DNA of 64,000 nt, taken from Pyrodictiaceae archaeon (GTDB taxonomy: Archaea > Thermoproteota > Thermoprotei_A > Sulfolobales > Pyrodictiaceae). The notes beneath the pieces were generated by a model. The model was not told where the DNA came from. It ran no database searches and saw nothing but the letters and a program-made list of their open reading frames with translations. Shown here one piece after another: positions 19,913-30,351 of this stretch. A program made the position numbers and the translations under genes. The DNA lies in the NCBI GenBank assembly GCA_027036135.1, contig JALVSY010000007.1, positions 132,880-196,879 of the forward strand, written 5' to 3'. The stretch's first letter is position 1; each line of letters begins with the position of its first letter.

Positions 19913-20384
19913 TCCTCAACCCTCGTGTACACACAGCATACTCCCAGCCTAATAGCTCTCCTACAAGCCGCCAAGTCCCCGTAACAAGGTCGGCTCCTAT
20001 CTCCTTGGCTAATAGGGCGTAAATAGTGTCATGAACCGTGTTAATGGATACACTCGAGGGGTCAACCCCTAGGGATTTGAGAGCATCTAGGGCTCTTAGA
20101 AAGAGTGCCTTGAACCTATCCCTTGTGAGGGATAGGAGCTTTATCTCGTAGTCTTCGATTGTTCTCCTAAGCTCTCTGCGCAGAACCTGGCGCTCCCTAG
20201 GATCCTCTACCCGTGCCTCAAGCTCGTAGAACACTAGGCGTGAAGCACATAACAAACCCTTGTTACGCACAGCGAACTCTTGAGCCCTCTTATCACCCCT
20301 AGCAAGGTCCACTACGAAATTAGTATTGACGAGATACCTACAACGCCTCGCTGGCATCTCTAGATACCACTCCTCTTTCTCCAA
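19881..20384 (-). pseudogene. vapC: PIN-domain toxin, probably inactivated
   Basis: First Asp replaced (YLVNTNF). Adding one base at 19977-19980 restores LVTGDLAACRRAIRLGV, matching the paralogue FVTSDKRVCKRAVKLGV. Confidence 0.7.
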
Positions 20385-20588
20385 GTGCTAACATAATTGC
20401 GAATTCATGGTAACAAGATAACCAGGCATGGTAGCTTATAGATGAGTGAGGCTAGCCAAGCCCCTAGCCTACATGTTAACCCAACCCTCAAGATTATCTC
20501 CTCCTATTAGAACCTTTAAGTAGCGGAGAGGGAATGTAGAGAAAAACAGTGCATAGAATGCTAGAATTCGCTAGTGGTGCGGTAAGCG

Positions 20589-21422
20589 ATGCATAGGTGT
20601 TTCCAGGAGGGCTTGGAGAAGCTGTTCCGAGGTCCCTTGGCTGAGGCCTTCATAGAGCTCGCGGAATCCATGTGGGAGCGTGGCCGGAGAGAAGCAGAGA
20701 ACATTGCCACAATGCTACAGCGCCACGGCGTGGGCCCCGGGGCTAGGCTTCTAGAGCTCGGGGCAGGTATTGGCCGGGTAGCAGGCCACCTAGCAGCAAT
20801 GGGCTACAGGGTACTAGGCATAGACTACTCGGAGAAATTCGTTGAGAAGGGGAGAGAAATACTAGCCGAGAAAGGCATCACCGGCGTCGAGCTATTGGTA
20901 GCGGATGCATACACTCTCGAGGATGTACCCGGGCTAGGAAGCTACGACGCAGCCTATACGACGTGGACAACCCTCCTCGGCTACAGCCCCAGCCCAGAGT
21001 GCGACAAACAACTCCTAGAGACACTACACCGGGCAATCAAGCCAGGAGGACTACTAGTAATAGCCAATACCGCTAGCTACGACCGAGCCGCCTTCACCCA
21101 GGGCCTCTGCGGCTGCCGAGGCCCATTCCTCACCATACTAGAGAACTACGCCCTCACAGAGCAACCAGTACTAGACCCCGAGACAAACACCCTTACAAAC
21201 ACATGGACAATATACCGGCTAGACGGCAAAAACCTCCTATACCTAGACGAGGCAACCTTCAAGCTAAGACTCTACACCCTCAAAGAACTAAAACAGCTAG
21301 CCGAGCAAACAGGCTGGAAACTAGAAGCAGCCTACCACGACCCACAACACGGAACAACATACAAGCCGGGAATAAGCAGCCTCAACACAGTACTAAGACG
21401 AGGGGATGGTATCCTAGGATAG
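20589..21422 (+). CDS. Class I SAM-dependent methyltransferase
   Basis: LLELGAGIGR, GIDYS, KPGGLLVI motifs. Confidence 0.9.
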   Translation: MHRCFQEGLEKLFRGPLAEAFIELAESMWERGRREAENIATMLQRHGVGPGARLLELGAGIGRVAGHLAAMGYRVLGIDYSEKFVEKGREILAEKGITGVELLVADAYTLEDVPGLGSYDAAYTTWTTLLGYSPSPECDKQLLETLHRAIKPGGLLVIANTASYDRAAFTQGLCGCRGPFLTILENYALTEQPVLDPETNTLTNTWTIYRLDGKNLLYLDEATFKLRLYTLKELKQLAEQTGWKLEAAYHDPQHGTTYKPGISSLNTVLRRGDGILG

Positions 21423-21488
21423 GGCCGAGCGCGTTAGGGAACAAAAACTACTAGGGGCTAAAAAGGGTAAAAACATGGACTAGGACTT

Positions 21489-21638
21489 TTAAGCTACTAC
21501 GCCGACATCAAACTCTTTAGATTCTGTGGGTAGTAGCTGCTTCGCGGCTAGTATTACGGCTGCCATTGCTGCTACGAATACCATCTTTAGTACTGGATCG
21601 TTCTTCACGAGTAGGGCTAGTTTCCTTGCGGCCTTCAT
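21489..21638 (-). CDS. 49-aa hydrophobic small protein
   Basis: MKAARKLALLVKNDPVLKMVFVAAMAAVILAAKQLLPTESKEFDVGVVA; AGGTG SD upstream; below the ORF-track cutoff. Confidence 0.6.
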   Translation of the reverse strand: MKAARKLALLVKNDPVLKMVFVAAMAAVILAAKQLLPTESKEFDVGVVA

Positions 21639-21742
21639 GCTTCATACACCTCTGCCTAGGCTATCGCCATGCACTATATTAGTGCGGTGGATACGCATTA
21701 TAAGATTCATGAGGCCTTAATACAGAGGCTAGGAGGAGTATA

Positions 21743-22914
21743 ATGGCGACTAGCATAAATAGGATCCCTTGCTATAAGGCGTTGGGGAGCACTGTCTCCG
21801 TGAGCGACGAGAAAAAGAAGCAAGGAGAAGGGCTAAAGGAGATTGCTATAAAGCTTTCATGTCATGATTTCAGGTTGGAGCCGGACAAATTCGGTTTAAC
21901 AAAACCAGCGCTGACCTCGTTAATAAGAAGGCTCCCGGACCCCATAGCTCATACTCGTAATATAAAACCTATGGGGTTCAAACACATAATAGTTGGGATA
22001 CGTAGCAAGGAGCTTTGGCGCAGACTAGTAGATGCTACCCTGGTTAAGCAGCTCGCCGGGTACCGTATCCGAGGCTTGTTAGTGTACTCGGGTTCTTTCT
22101 CGGGAATATAATTCACGTAGCATATATCGTGCATGAGTCCCTCTTTAACCTGGTCTATAGGGAGGTAAGTGCCTGGGTAGAGGATCTCGAGAGAAAAGGA
22201 GTTAGCATTGAGTACTTTTTTAGTGGATACAGTATCCCGGTTAGGAATTGTACTGGGTCTCTGGGCTTTAGCGATAAAGTCATTAATTCTGCTCGAGAAG
22301 CGTTCAACTCCTTGTTGAAGGATACTAGGTATAGTTCTCGTATGCCTTTCCTAGACTACATTATTATCGCGACTCTTGATTTGTTTCCGAGACTTACCCT
22401 GAGGCAACTAAGTCATCTCGTGTACGCGGCGAGGGCAAGGCTCGAGAAGGAGCTCGATAAGTGGACTCTCTCGTTTCTACGCTACCGGTTCATTAATCGC
22501 CACTATAATGCTTTATCAGAGGCTAGGATCATTGGGCGTATGTGGGTTCCGAGACCGGTTCTCGGAGAATGCTATGAGCGCCTCGGCTTCATAGCTACGG
22601 GTGACTGTGCTGAAGACGTGTACGTTGCTGCTGCCGCTACGCTGGGTGCCGCTAACATAGTTGTTTCAAGGGAGTACGTTATGGCTACTATAGGTATCCT
22701 GCCAGAGTACCGCAACGAGGTTATCAATCGGATTAGGGACTGTGTTTTAAAGACCTTAGTGTCTTATAAGGCTAGGGTATTTCCTTTGCCTTTTGAGCTT
22801 TATGACCCGGTGCACAGGGTTTGGCGCACCGAGCCTGTGGGCTATGATCTTTACTCGTTGCTTCGCAGGTTTAGGCTCATGGAGAAAAGGGAGGGTGGGA
22901 AGAGGGGGAAGTGA
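21743..22914 (+). pseudogene. Putative winged-HTH/Lrp-like regulator split by one frameshift
   Basis: The frame of 22129-22914 is open back through about 22105 (GNIIHVAYIVHES), overlapping the stop of 21743-22111; internal LDYIIIATLDLFPRLTLRQLS is HTH-like. Confidence 0.5.
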
Positions 22915-23032
22915 ATTCTTTTGGGTGTACTGTTTTATGTTTTTCGTAGGGTCTGGGATATGGGTTCCTTACGCGAGGAGTTTTTAAGAATATTGTGGCC
23001 TAGTAATACGTAGAGAAGGGGTGTCCCTAGGT

Positions 23033-23344
23033 ATGGTATCTGTGGAGGAGGTTAGGAGGAGGCTTATGGGTAGCATGATGGGGTTGTATGCGGTGCTGAA
23101 TAGCGCTGCGAAGAAGAGCCATGGGCGTAGCTTCGAGGAGCTAGTGGTTAGCGACCCCGATGCTGCCCGGGAGCTCTTGGAGCGCGTGCTGGGCTCCCGT
23201 GCCCGCGTAGTTGCCGAGATATTGTTTCGGGGAGTTAATGGCTCCTTTCAAGGGGGAACAGGAGCGGGGGTAGAGGGTGCTGGCTGGGTTGATCCCTTTC
23301 CCCGCGGCTTCTATGGCCTTGGGCGTCTCCGGATCCTAGCATAG
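23033..23344 (+). CDS. Small helical protein, paralogue of 50871-51209
   Basis: LYAVLN...SFEELVVSDPDAARELL resembles VSMLN...DFASLLVTDPLKAYSVLL. Confidence 0.6.
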   Translation: MVSVEEVRRRLMGSMMGLYAVLNSAAKKSHGRSFEELVVSDPDAARELLERVLGSRARVVAEILFRGVNGSFQGGTGAGVEGAGWVDPFPRGFYGLGRLRILA

Positions 23345-23543
23345 CCCTGTGCCGCGCCTAAGGGTTCTCCAGTACCTCTAAGCAGGCCTCTCCGCGGTAA
23401 TCCTCCTAGCTAGGACTATTATAGAGCACCTATAGGGCCTCTTGGATTTCTTCTATTTCGTTCCCCTCTTGTGTTGCCTGGGTGTACTGGTTGGTTGATG
23501 CACCCGTGTACCTGGTTCTCGTTTTTCTCTCGGGGTGCCTTAG

Positions 23544-23906
23544 ATGCTTGGGTTAGGGGATATATTTCTTCAGCATTATCATTGTTTTCTCTTGGAGACG
23601 CTTGTCTTGGGCAACATTGACGAGGATGCGCTGATGGTACTGGATATGTATCTCGGTGATATTGTTACAGGGGTTGTTAGGAGGCATGGTTACCCTGTTG
23701 TGCTCGAGGAGGAGTACTACGATATCCTCATGTACATCTACGAGGAGCTGGTCAAGACCTGGTTCGGGGGCAGGGAGCCGGGCATAAGGGAGCTAAGGGA
23801 GAGGCTCAAGAAGGCCCGGAAGGAGAAGGCCCAGCTAGAGGTACTCGTAAGCTACCTTGTAAGCAAGTACCTGGAACAAAGCGGGACACTATACATCACC
23901 AGGTAG
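23544..23906 (+). CDS. Hypothetical protein
   Basis: ORF with host-like codon usage; true start may be near 23607. Confidence 0.6.
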   Translation: MLGLGDIFLQHYHCFLLETLVLGNIDEDALMVLDMYLGDIVTGVVRRHGYPVVLEEEYYDILMYIYEELVKTWFGGREPGIRELRERLKKARKEKAQLEVLVSYLVSKYLEQSGTLYITR

Positions 23907-24051
23907 CTAATACATAGATATTCTAGTGCCGCGAATTATTCACCACTCTTGACCCATGCCTGATCCAGGGCCTTCACCCGCATAATAGGAGTCGCTTTCG
24001 CCAAGCTTTATACTACTGTATACATGGGATAGTCTACATGGGTACACAGAC

Positions 24052-24279
24052 TTGTCTACGACTACTCCGAGCACCCGGATTAAGAGAGAACTCAGGGAGA
24101 AAATGAAGAAGTTTAGCCATGTTGATTGGAGAGCTGAAATAGAGAGATTCATTGAGGAGAGAGTACGCCAAGAGGAGCTAAAGCAATTATTTAGTAAGAT
24201 AGACGAAGTCCTGAGAGACGTCGAGGTTAGTAAAGAGCCTGCATGGAAAACTATTAGAGAATATAGGGAGAAGAGGTAA
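24052..24279 (+). CDS. vapB: RHH-type VapB antitoxin
   Basis: STRIKRELREKMKKFSHVDWRAEIERFIEE pattern; upstream of PIN. Confidence 0.8.
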   Translation: MSTTTPSTRIKRELREKMKKFSHVDWRAEIERFIEERVRQEELKQLFSKIDEVLRDVEVSKEPAWKTIREYREKR

Positions 24280-24285
24280 GACAAG

Positions 24286-24711
24286 ATGTTCGTTGTGGAC
24301 TCCTCCATCTACGCAAGCGTCTTAGTGAAGGACTAGAACTATGAGAAGGCACGCAAGTTCCTAGAGCAACATAGGAAAAGCGAGCTTGCTACTGTAGCAA
24401 CCGTCTTTGTAGAGGTTGCTAATGTGTTATGGAAGCGTACTTATTTATTAAAGAGGATATCCTTGGAGGCTTATCGCGAGATGAGCACGCTAATCCAACC
24501 ACTCATTAGCGCTAACGCCTCAGTAATATATGAACCCCTGGACTTGCTAGGCGACGCACTAAGCGCTGCCATCGACTATGGAATAACTATTTACGATGCA
24601 CTCTTTGTTGCAGCTACTTTAAGAACAAGGGGAAAGCTAGTAAGTTTTGATAAAAAGCTTAAACAGAAGCTAATGACTAGGAACCCTGACATCGTATACC
24701 CAATGTCGTAA
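24286..24711 (+). pseudogene. vapC: PIN toxin with internal amber stop
   Basis: MFVVDSSIYASVLVKD*NYE (TAG 24334-24336), then in frame EVANVLWK...ITIYDALF...SFD. Confidence 0.85.
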
Positions 24712-25274
24712 TTGTACAATGGTGCACTCGTAAACGTCACTAATTGATGAAAACTAAATGAATTAGCTTGAGAAACATGGCCACCCGGCCTAGTGACTAG
24801 AAGTGCACGTCTCCCTGAAGCAGCTTGCTGCCGCCCTGTCAGAGACCTTGCCGGGGAAGAGTACATTAGGGTAGAGGGGCCTAGGCCAAGGCTACCAAGA
24901 GGCTCTCATTCTCGGCTTGGCTGAGGTCCTAGGACCTTGCCCTACTGGGCTTGGCTGTCTATGTCTCCATAAAGGTTCCCGGGTATCTAGTGCCCTTTAC
25001 CCTGCACGCAATAGCCTCTACTGTTATTGCTACTCTTTGGATAACATTCGTGGAAAGTGCTTAGTACCTATATCGTAGCGGGGCCTCCGGGTACGTCAGC
25101 CTTCGGGGCCAGTGATCTTGGGCTCCCGAATCTCGGCGGGTTCGCAACTTATAAACCCCAATATATTTAGACTCAATAATATGGTTGTTCCTTGTCTGTT
25201 CTTTCTAATCCCGGCAGTGATGCGGAGAAGCTATAAGCTATGAGAAGTACATCATAATGGTAGGAGGTGTAAGT

Positions 25275-25514
25275 ATGGCTCGTGTAGTTGTCGAGGTGTC
25301 TGAGGAAGTAGCTGCATTGCTAGAGAAAGAGCCTTTGCTAAGATTTGCTGTGGCTGAAGCCGTGAAAAAAGAGGTCATGGAATACCTGCTCACAGTTATG
25401 GCCTTAGATAAGCTAACAGAGGATTCTAGACTTAGCGAGGAGGATGTGCTGGAGATAAGCAGGCTTGTTAAGAGAGCTGTACGGGAGAAATGGGATGCTG
25501 AGAGTGGTGGTTGA
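25275..25514 (+). CDS. Putative antitoxin
   Basis: Small protein overlapping the PIN start; LTEDSRLSEEDVLEI tail. Confidence 0.7.
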   Translation: MARVVVEVSEEVAALLEKEPLLRFAVAEAVKKEVMEYLLTVMALDKLTEDSRLSEEDVLEISRLVKRAVREKWDAESGG

Positions 25515-25974
25515 TACGAATAAGATAATAGCCTCCTTGCTACGTGAAGGCAAGGTGAGAAGGCTTCTTTTCCATCCAGGCCTAGAAGTATTATTGCCGA
25601 AATATGTCCTGGAAGAGATAAATGAACATAGGAAGTACCTAGAGAGGAAAGTTTCTCCAAAAGCAATAGATCTCATTCTTTCAAAGATCTCGAGGAGGGT
25701 TAGAATAATAGGTGCTAGTGAGCTAAGCAGGGAGACCCTACATAAAGCCCGTAGGCTGGCTGGAGATTTCGATATTGATGACTATCCATTTATAGCCGTA
25801 GCGATAGAATACAATGCAATAATATGGACCAACGATAAAGAGCTTATAAAATACGCATTAATAAGTAACGAGTACCTAGCTGTAGATACACCAGCACTAG
25901 AAGAATTATTAAAAGGCAAAGAACTGTCTAAGATAATACAGACAATGAGAGAAAAGTATGCAACGCGTTATTAG
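25495..25974 (+). CDS. vapC: PIN-domain toxin
   Basis: VVVDTN, LEEI, DIDDYPF, WTND intact. Confidence 0.88.
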   Translation: MLRVVVDTNKIIASLLREGKVRRLLFHPGLEVLLPKYVLEEINEHRKYLERKVSPKAIDLILSKISRRVRIIGASELSRETLHKARRLAGDFDIDDYPFIAVAIEYNAIIWTNDKELIKYALISNEYLAVDTPALEELLKGKELSKIIQTMREKYATRY

Positions 25975-26167
25975 TTAATGAAAGTCTAGTTTCTCAAATA
26001 AGTATACTATAACTATATCTGTGTATATTTTTCAATAATATGTACAGCGATATCTAGTCTTAACCCCCTTAACTCTCAGCTACATAATCTATAATTATTC
26101 AAATATCAAAATTATCGTCTAAGAATAATTCGGAATGAATAATCCTATGATTAATTTATAGGAAGAA

Positions 26168-26465
26168 TTATAAGGCATTGTCCCATATACTAGGTAATAG
26201 GTATGAAGTAAACTTATCTAGGCTTCCTTTCGCGAAGGATATGCCCTTGCTCCTAATGAGCCTCCTTAGGTCATAGGCCCTCTTTATACCATATTTGTTC
26301 ACGGCTTCTCTTCTTATAATGAAGTGAAGTACCTCGTCAACAACACCGATACTTGTCACTAATAAGGGGTATTTATCATAGGAGTTCTTCTGCTTCAGGA
26401 GCACGGGCACCCTCGTAGAGTAGTTGGATGAACACGTTGGAATCTACAAAGACATATTCCCTCAT
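26168..26465 (-). pseudogene. vapC: Truncated, frameshifted PIN toxin
   Basis: MREYVFVDSNVFI...EELL* then shifted VTSIGVVDEVLH; C-terminal half replaced by AT-rich DNA. Confidence 0.75.
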
Positions 26466-26674
26466 AGGGGCTCCCACTCTGCCTCAGCTAGCAACTCCTC
26501 TATCTCCTCCTCACTCGCCTTACCTAGTACGCCACGGTACTTTCGCAAAATCCTCTTCCTCTCCTCACCCACTGGGACAAGCACAGCTATTCTCTCCTCG
26601 CCCTCCCGAAGGTCAACAGGCTCTAATGGCTTCAACACACCCTTCTCATACCTCACTTTTACAACTTTAGACAA
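26462..26674 (-). CDS. AF2212/DUF104-like antitoxin
   Basis: VKVRYEKGVLKPL; close paralogue of 12348-12551 (ERKRILRKYRGVLG shared). Confidence 0.85.
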   Translation of the reverse strand: MSKVVKVRYEKGVLKPLEPVDLREGEERIAVLVPVGEERKRILRKYRGVLGKASEEEIEELLAEAEWEPL

Positions 26675-26971
26675 CTCCTTGCACCCATATAATGTATGGC
26701 ACCACGAGCCAATTAGCCTTTCCAACAAGGCCGAGTGATTCCAGGCTATCAGTGTGATAATTTATGGTTTCTATCTGGAAACTCTACTTTTATATCTTTG
26801 GGGTAGCGGCACATCTCTTCCAATGCATAGGTACATTACCAGACCACTTACCGCATAACCCATATAATTAATGGCTGATAGTGCTGCTAAGTCAGCGGCT
26901 CTTCAGCGTGCATTACTAGCCCCGACAACGAGTTCTTCCCGGTATACCCTTATTGGCTAGCCGTGAACCCA

Positions 26972-28003
26972 TTAGCGGCATCTATGTAGCCTAGCTTCTT
27001 GCCTCCTAACAGCTTCTAGCAGGTCTTTTGCCCGTAGCTCGTCTGGCGGTACTTGTTTCTCGGCTGCTTGTTCCAGGGCTGTCGCGTATACTGGTAGTTG
27101 GGGGAGGTATCGGCGGGGCAGGCTCGGGCACGGGTAAGCTATGTTTTCCCTAACGAGTATTTCTCCTAGCAAGTGTTGTCTCGGTGTCCTCGGCCTTGCC
27201 CCGCTAAGCAACTCATTGGCCTCCTTGACAACCTCTAGGGGGTCTTCTCCGAGCTCTAGCGCTGCTCGGTAAACCGCGTAGCTCAGCTGGCTAAGTCTCT
27301 CCGAGACCCAGTTGGCGAGCATCTTGTCGCTGAGGCTGCATAGCTCCACGAGGTAGCCTGGATTAGGGCCAGCGAGCCCAGTTATCTCTTCGAGGCTTCT
27401 CTCGCAGCCATTCTTCTCGCGGTACTCCTGGTAGAGCTTGGCGAAGGCCCTGGGATCCATGGGCTCTACGAGGAGGAACCCGGTGGAATACCCGGTGAGC
27501 CTACTAAGTGCCTCCGTTGTGGCAAAGAAGCCCTCGCTAACCGTCACCAGCAAGGAGGGGGTGCCGCAGGGCTTCTTGGCTAGGTAGCCAGCAAGGGCTT
27601 CGAGGGCCACGAGGGCTTGATGAGCATCTGTGAAGAGGAGGTGGAACTCGTCTAGCAGGATGAGGCTGGGCTTCTTCGCGCTCCTAGCTATCTCGGCTAC
27701 CAGGTCCACGAGGTTCACGGGGGCCCCGAGGAGACCCATAAGTTCCCGAAGCAGGCGGAGCGGCTCCACCCTCCCGGGGACCAGCTCGAGGGCCTTCCTC
27801 TCACGAGCATCAACTACTACCGCTCCGCCCACGTGTCTCCGGGCTAGGTAGTAGCGGGCAAGCTCGCTCTTACCAACACCCCGGGGCCCATAAACAACCA
27901 CGCTACGATAACCCCGGAGACTACTAGCCAGCTCATCTAACTCATCCACACGGTCATAGAACCCGGTCCCAAGACCAGTCCTGTATGCTGCGTCGATGAA
28001 CAT
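26972..28003 (-). CDS. Archaeal P-loop ATPase (ATPase_2-like)
   Basis: FYDRVDEL, GPRGVGKS, LLDEFH. Confidence 0.85.
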   Translation of the reverse strand: MFIDAAYRTGLGTGFYDRVDELDELASSLRGYRSVVVYGPRGVGKSELARYYLARRHVGGAVVVDARERKALELVPGRVEPLRLLRELMGLLGAPVNLVDLVAEIARSAKKPSLILLDEFHLLFTDAHQALVALEALAGYLAKKPCGTPSLLVTVSEGFFATTEALSRLTGYSTGFLLVEPMDPRAFAKLYQEYREKNGCERSLEEITGLAGPNPGYLVELCSLSDKMLANWVSERLSQLSYAVYRAALELGEDPLEVVKEANELLSGARPRTPRQHLLGEILVRENIAYPCPSLPRRYLPQLPVYATALEQAAEKQVPPDELRAKDLLEAVRRQEARLHRCR

Positions 28004-28105
28004 GTTTCGCGCATTACCCCTCTGTATTCATAGGCCAGAGAGGGCAGTGCCTCTTCTAGGAATAGTATGACTATTCAAGATGAGCTAGGAGCTAGAGACA
28101 CATAC

Positions 28106-28312
28106 CTATATCTGTCTTGCTGGCTCCGTCTTAGCTCGTACCCGTAGTAGCTCCCTAAGGCGCTTTAGGGCCTCCTCAGCCTCTATTTCGCCCTTGAAGC
28201 ATTTCTCCATAATCTTATCAGCTTCCTCTGGATTAGTATCACGAGCCCTTAGATAGGCTCTTGTTAGCTCAAAGCTATGCCTTTTAAGCTCTAAGACCTC
28301 TCTTCTGGCCAA
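28106..28312 (-). CDS. Small helical protein, putative antitoxin downstream of PIN
   Basis: GEIEAEEALKRLRELL; paralogue of 19697-19912. Confidence 0.6.
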   Translation of the reverse strand: MARREVLELKRHSFELTRAYLRARDTNPEEADKIMEKCFKGEIEAEEALKRLRELLRVRAKTEPARQI

Positions 28313-28780
28313 TGTCCTTCCCGTGTACGGTGATTTATGCAGGGGACTCCTAGTTTAACTGCTCGCTTACATACTCTCTTATCGCTTGTAACAAAGATTG
28401 CGCCAATGCTCTTGGCAGCTAGTATGTGGGCAGTATCATGAATAGTGTTCATTGAGGGATTCTTGGCCCCGAGTTCTCTAAGTATGTTCTCGGCCTGCTT
28501 CAATATACTTGGCCTAACCTATATAATGTCTATACCGTACTCGGCTGCTAATTAATCTACGAGCTACAGAGCCTCTATGAGCTGCCCGGTACTCATATAC
28601 AAGTAGTACCGAGGAGCAAAGCTCTCCCCTATGCTCCCTAACAAATCTAAGGGCTTCTAGCCTCTCTTTCTCTAGGTCGACAAAGAAGCTGGTGTCAAGG
28701 TAGGATTTGCAACGCTTAGCCTCGTCTCTCTCCCTTAATCCCTCTTTATCCCCGTCAACGAAGAAGCTATGGCATAGCAT
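28291..28780 (-). pseudogene. vapC: PIN toxin split by frameshift(s)
   Basis: YLDTSFFVDL...LCSSVLLVYE in 28514-28780; SMNTIHD...FVTSD in 28291-28503. Confidence 0.75.
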
Positions 28781-28944
28781 TTAAGCAGTATAATCTAGGT
28801 AGTTAAGATCACCGCGCAAGCCAGAGAAAGCCCGGATTAAGCCAAGGCAATAACAATACTAACCAATCCTTAGGCATAATTTAGCCTAGATCCCTAGCCC
28901 TATACTCGGTAGCAAACCCGCCTAGTATCTATAGGGGACATGCC

Positions 28945-30213
28945 ATGAATAGATTGTTCTTGGCTGGGCTCGTCATTGACTTGATTACCGGCATCCTTAT
29001 TACCTATACTGTTGTGGGTGAGCACGCTTCCTCGCAGACCCCGGGCCCGACTAGCGGAGTCGTTACTGTCACGGTTACCTCTACCTATACGAGCATCTAT
29101 ACAAGTACCTATACCGAGACACTTAGGCCCAATACAACGAGCACGACTAGTACTCCTCACCGCATCATAATGGGGACCGTGACCGCTATAATATATCCCA
29201 ACGGCACGGTTATCTATGTGTACGGCCGGGGTGGGGCCGCGTACAACCCGACCATCAGCCCCACGGCAACCAAGACGTCTCTTGAGTGCGAGGAGCTGAG
29301 GCAGAGCTATGAGGAGCAAATAAGGCAGCTAAAGGAGAAGTATGAGGGCGAGAAACTAGCCCTCCAGGCCCATCTCGAGAATCTCAGGGAGAGGCTCCTG
29401 GCCAGGATAAGGCTGCTCAACGATACCGTGGCGGGGCTAGAGAAGACAATAAGCATGCTGGACCAGTGGTACGGGGTCTACACCAGCGACGAGGAAAAGA
29501 CAGGGTTCATACAGGGGCTACTAGTCTTGGCGAGGAACAGTCCTGCAGCAAAGAACCTGGCATCACAACTAGCCACAGAGACCAGGGAGCCCGGGGATAC
29601 TCTCATCGCTTTGTTCTCCTGGATAATGCTCCACCTAGCTTACTACCCCGACCCAGTCATGAACGTCTCCTTGCCAGGCGGAGCTGTTATCGCTACTCAG
29701 CAGTACTGGAGCCTGCCAAGCGAGGTACTCGAGCTACGGGGAGGGGATTGCGAGGACCTCGCGCTACTAGCCTATGCCGTTATTGCCAACATGTTGCCCG
29801 GTGCAGAGACATACCTAGTAGTACTTGGTAATGGGAGCAGCAAGGGCCACGTAGCAGTACTGGTGAGAACCGGGCAAGGCTGCTACATAGTGGACCCCGC
29901 CGGGGACTACTTGGATGGGCGGCAAGCAGCCCTCAGCATAGGCAGCAGCCTAGTAAACCCCCTGAGCCTAGAACCCGATGCAAAGAACACCCTGATAAGC
30001 AGCGGGGAGGCCAAGCTAGTCTACACAACACCACTAGAAACCACGACGAGGCCGAGCATAGAGCCAGCCAAGGATCCATCAGAGCTGTTAAGGGAGTGGC
30101 TAACAATCCTAGGACTAGACCCGAATACAACGAGAATAGAGCTCTACACACCCACATGGAGCCTCAAAGCCACAGGTGTAGAAGCAGTGGTTGAGGCACT
30201 CAGCACTAAGTGA
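28945..30213 (+). CDS. Secreted/membrane-anchored transglutaminase-like protein
   Basis: Signal/TM segment, Thr-rich linker, coiled coil, GDCEDLA...GHVAV...IVDP. Confidence 0.85.
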   Translation: MNRLFLAGLVIDLITGILITYTVVGEHASSQTPGPTSGVVTVTVTSTYTSIYTSTYTETLRPNTTSTTSTPHRIIMGTVTAIIYPNGTVIYVYGRGGAAYNPTISPTATKTSLECEELRQSYEEQIRQLKEKYEGEKLALQAHLENLRERLLARIRLLNDTVAGLEKTISMLDQWYGVYTSDEEKTGFIQGLLVLARNSPAAKNLASQLATETREPGDTLIALFSWIMLHLAYYPDPVMNVSLPGGAVIATQQYWSLPSEVLELRGGDCEDLALLAYAVIANMLPGAETYLVVLGNGSSKGHVAVLVRTGQGCYIVDPAGDYLDGRQAALSIGSSLVNPLSLEPDAKNTLISSGEAKLVYTTPLETTTRPSIEPAKDPSELLREWLTILGLDPNTTRIELYTPTWSLKATGVEAVVEALSTK

Positions 30214-30351
30214 TTCCATGCCTTGCTTCCTTCCAGTTATTCTATTAATTGCCTCTATTCCTCGTGGTAGCAACGTATTTATCTCGTTGCTGTAGCGAGA
30301 TTCTATCACCTTGGGTTAGTACACCTTTTAACATATATAGGTGCACATGGA

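Noticed and set aside
24780-25160. Possible IS200/IS605 tnpB remnant or structured RNA
   Set aside because: Only a faint peptide resemblance and weak hairpins; no RuvC, Zn finger or clear element ends.
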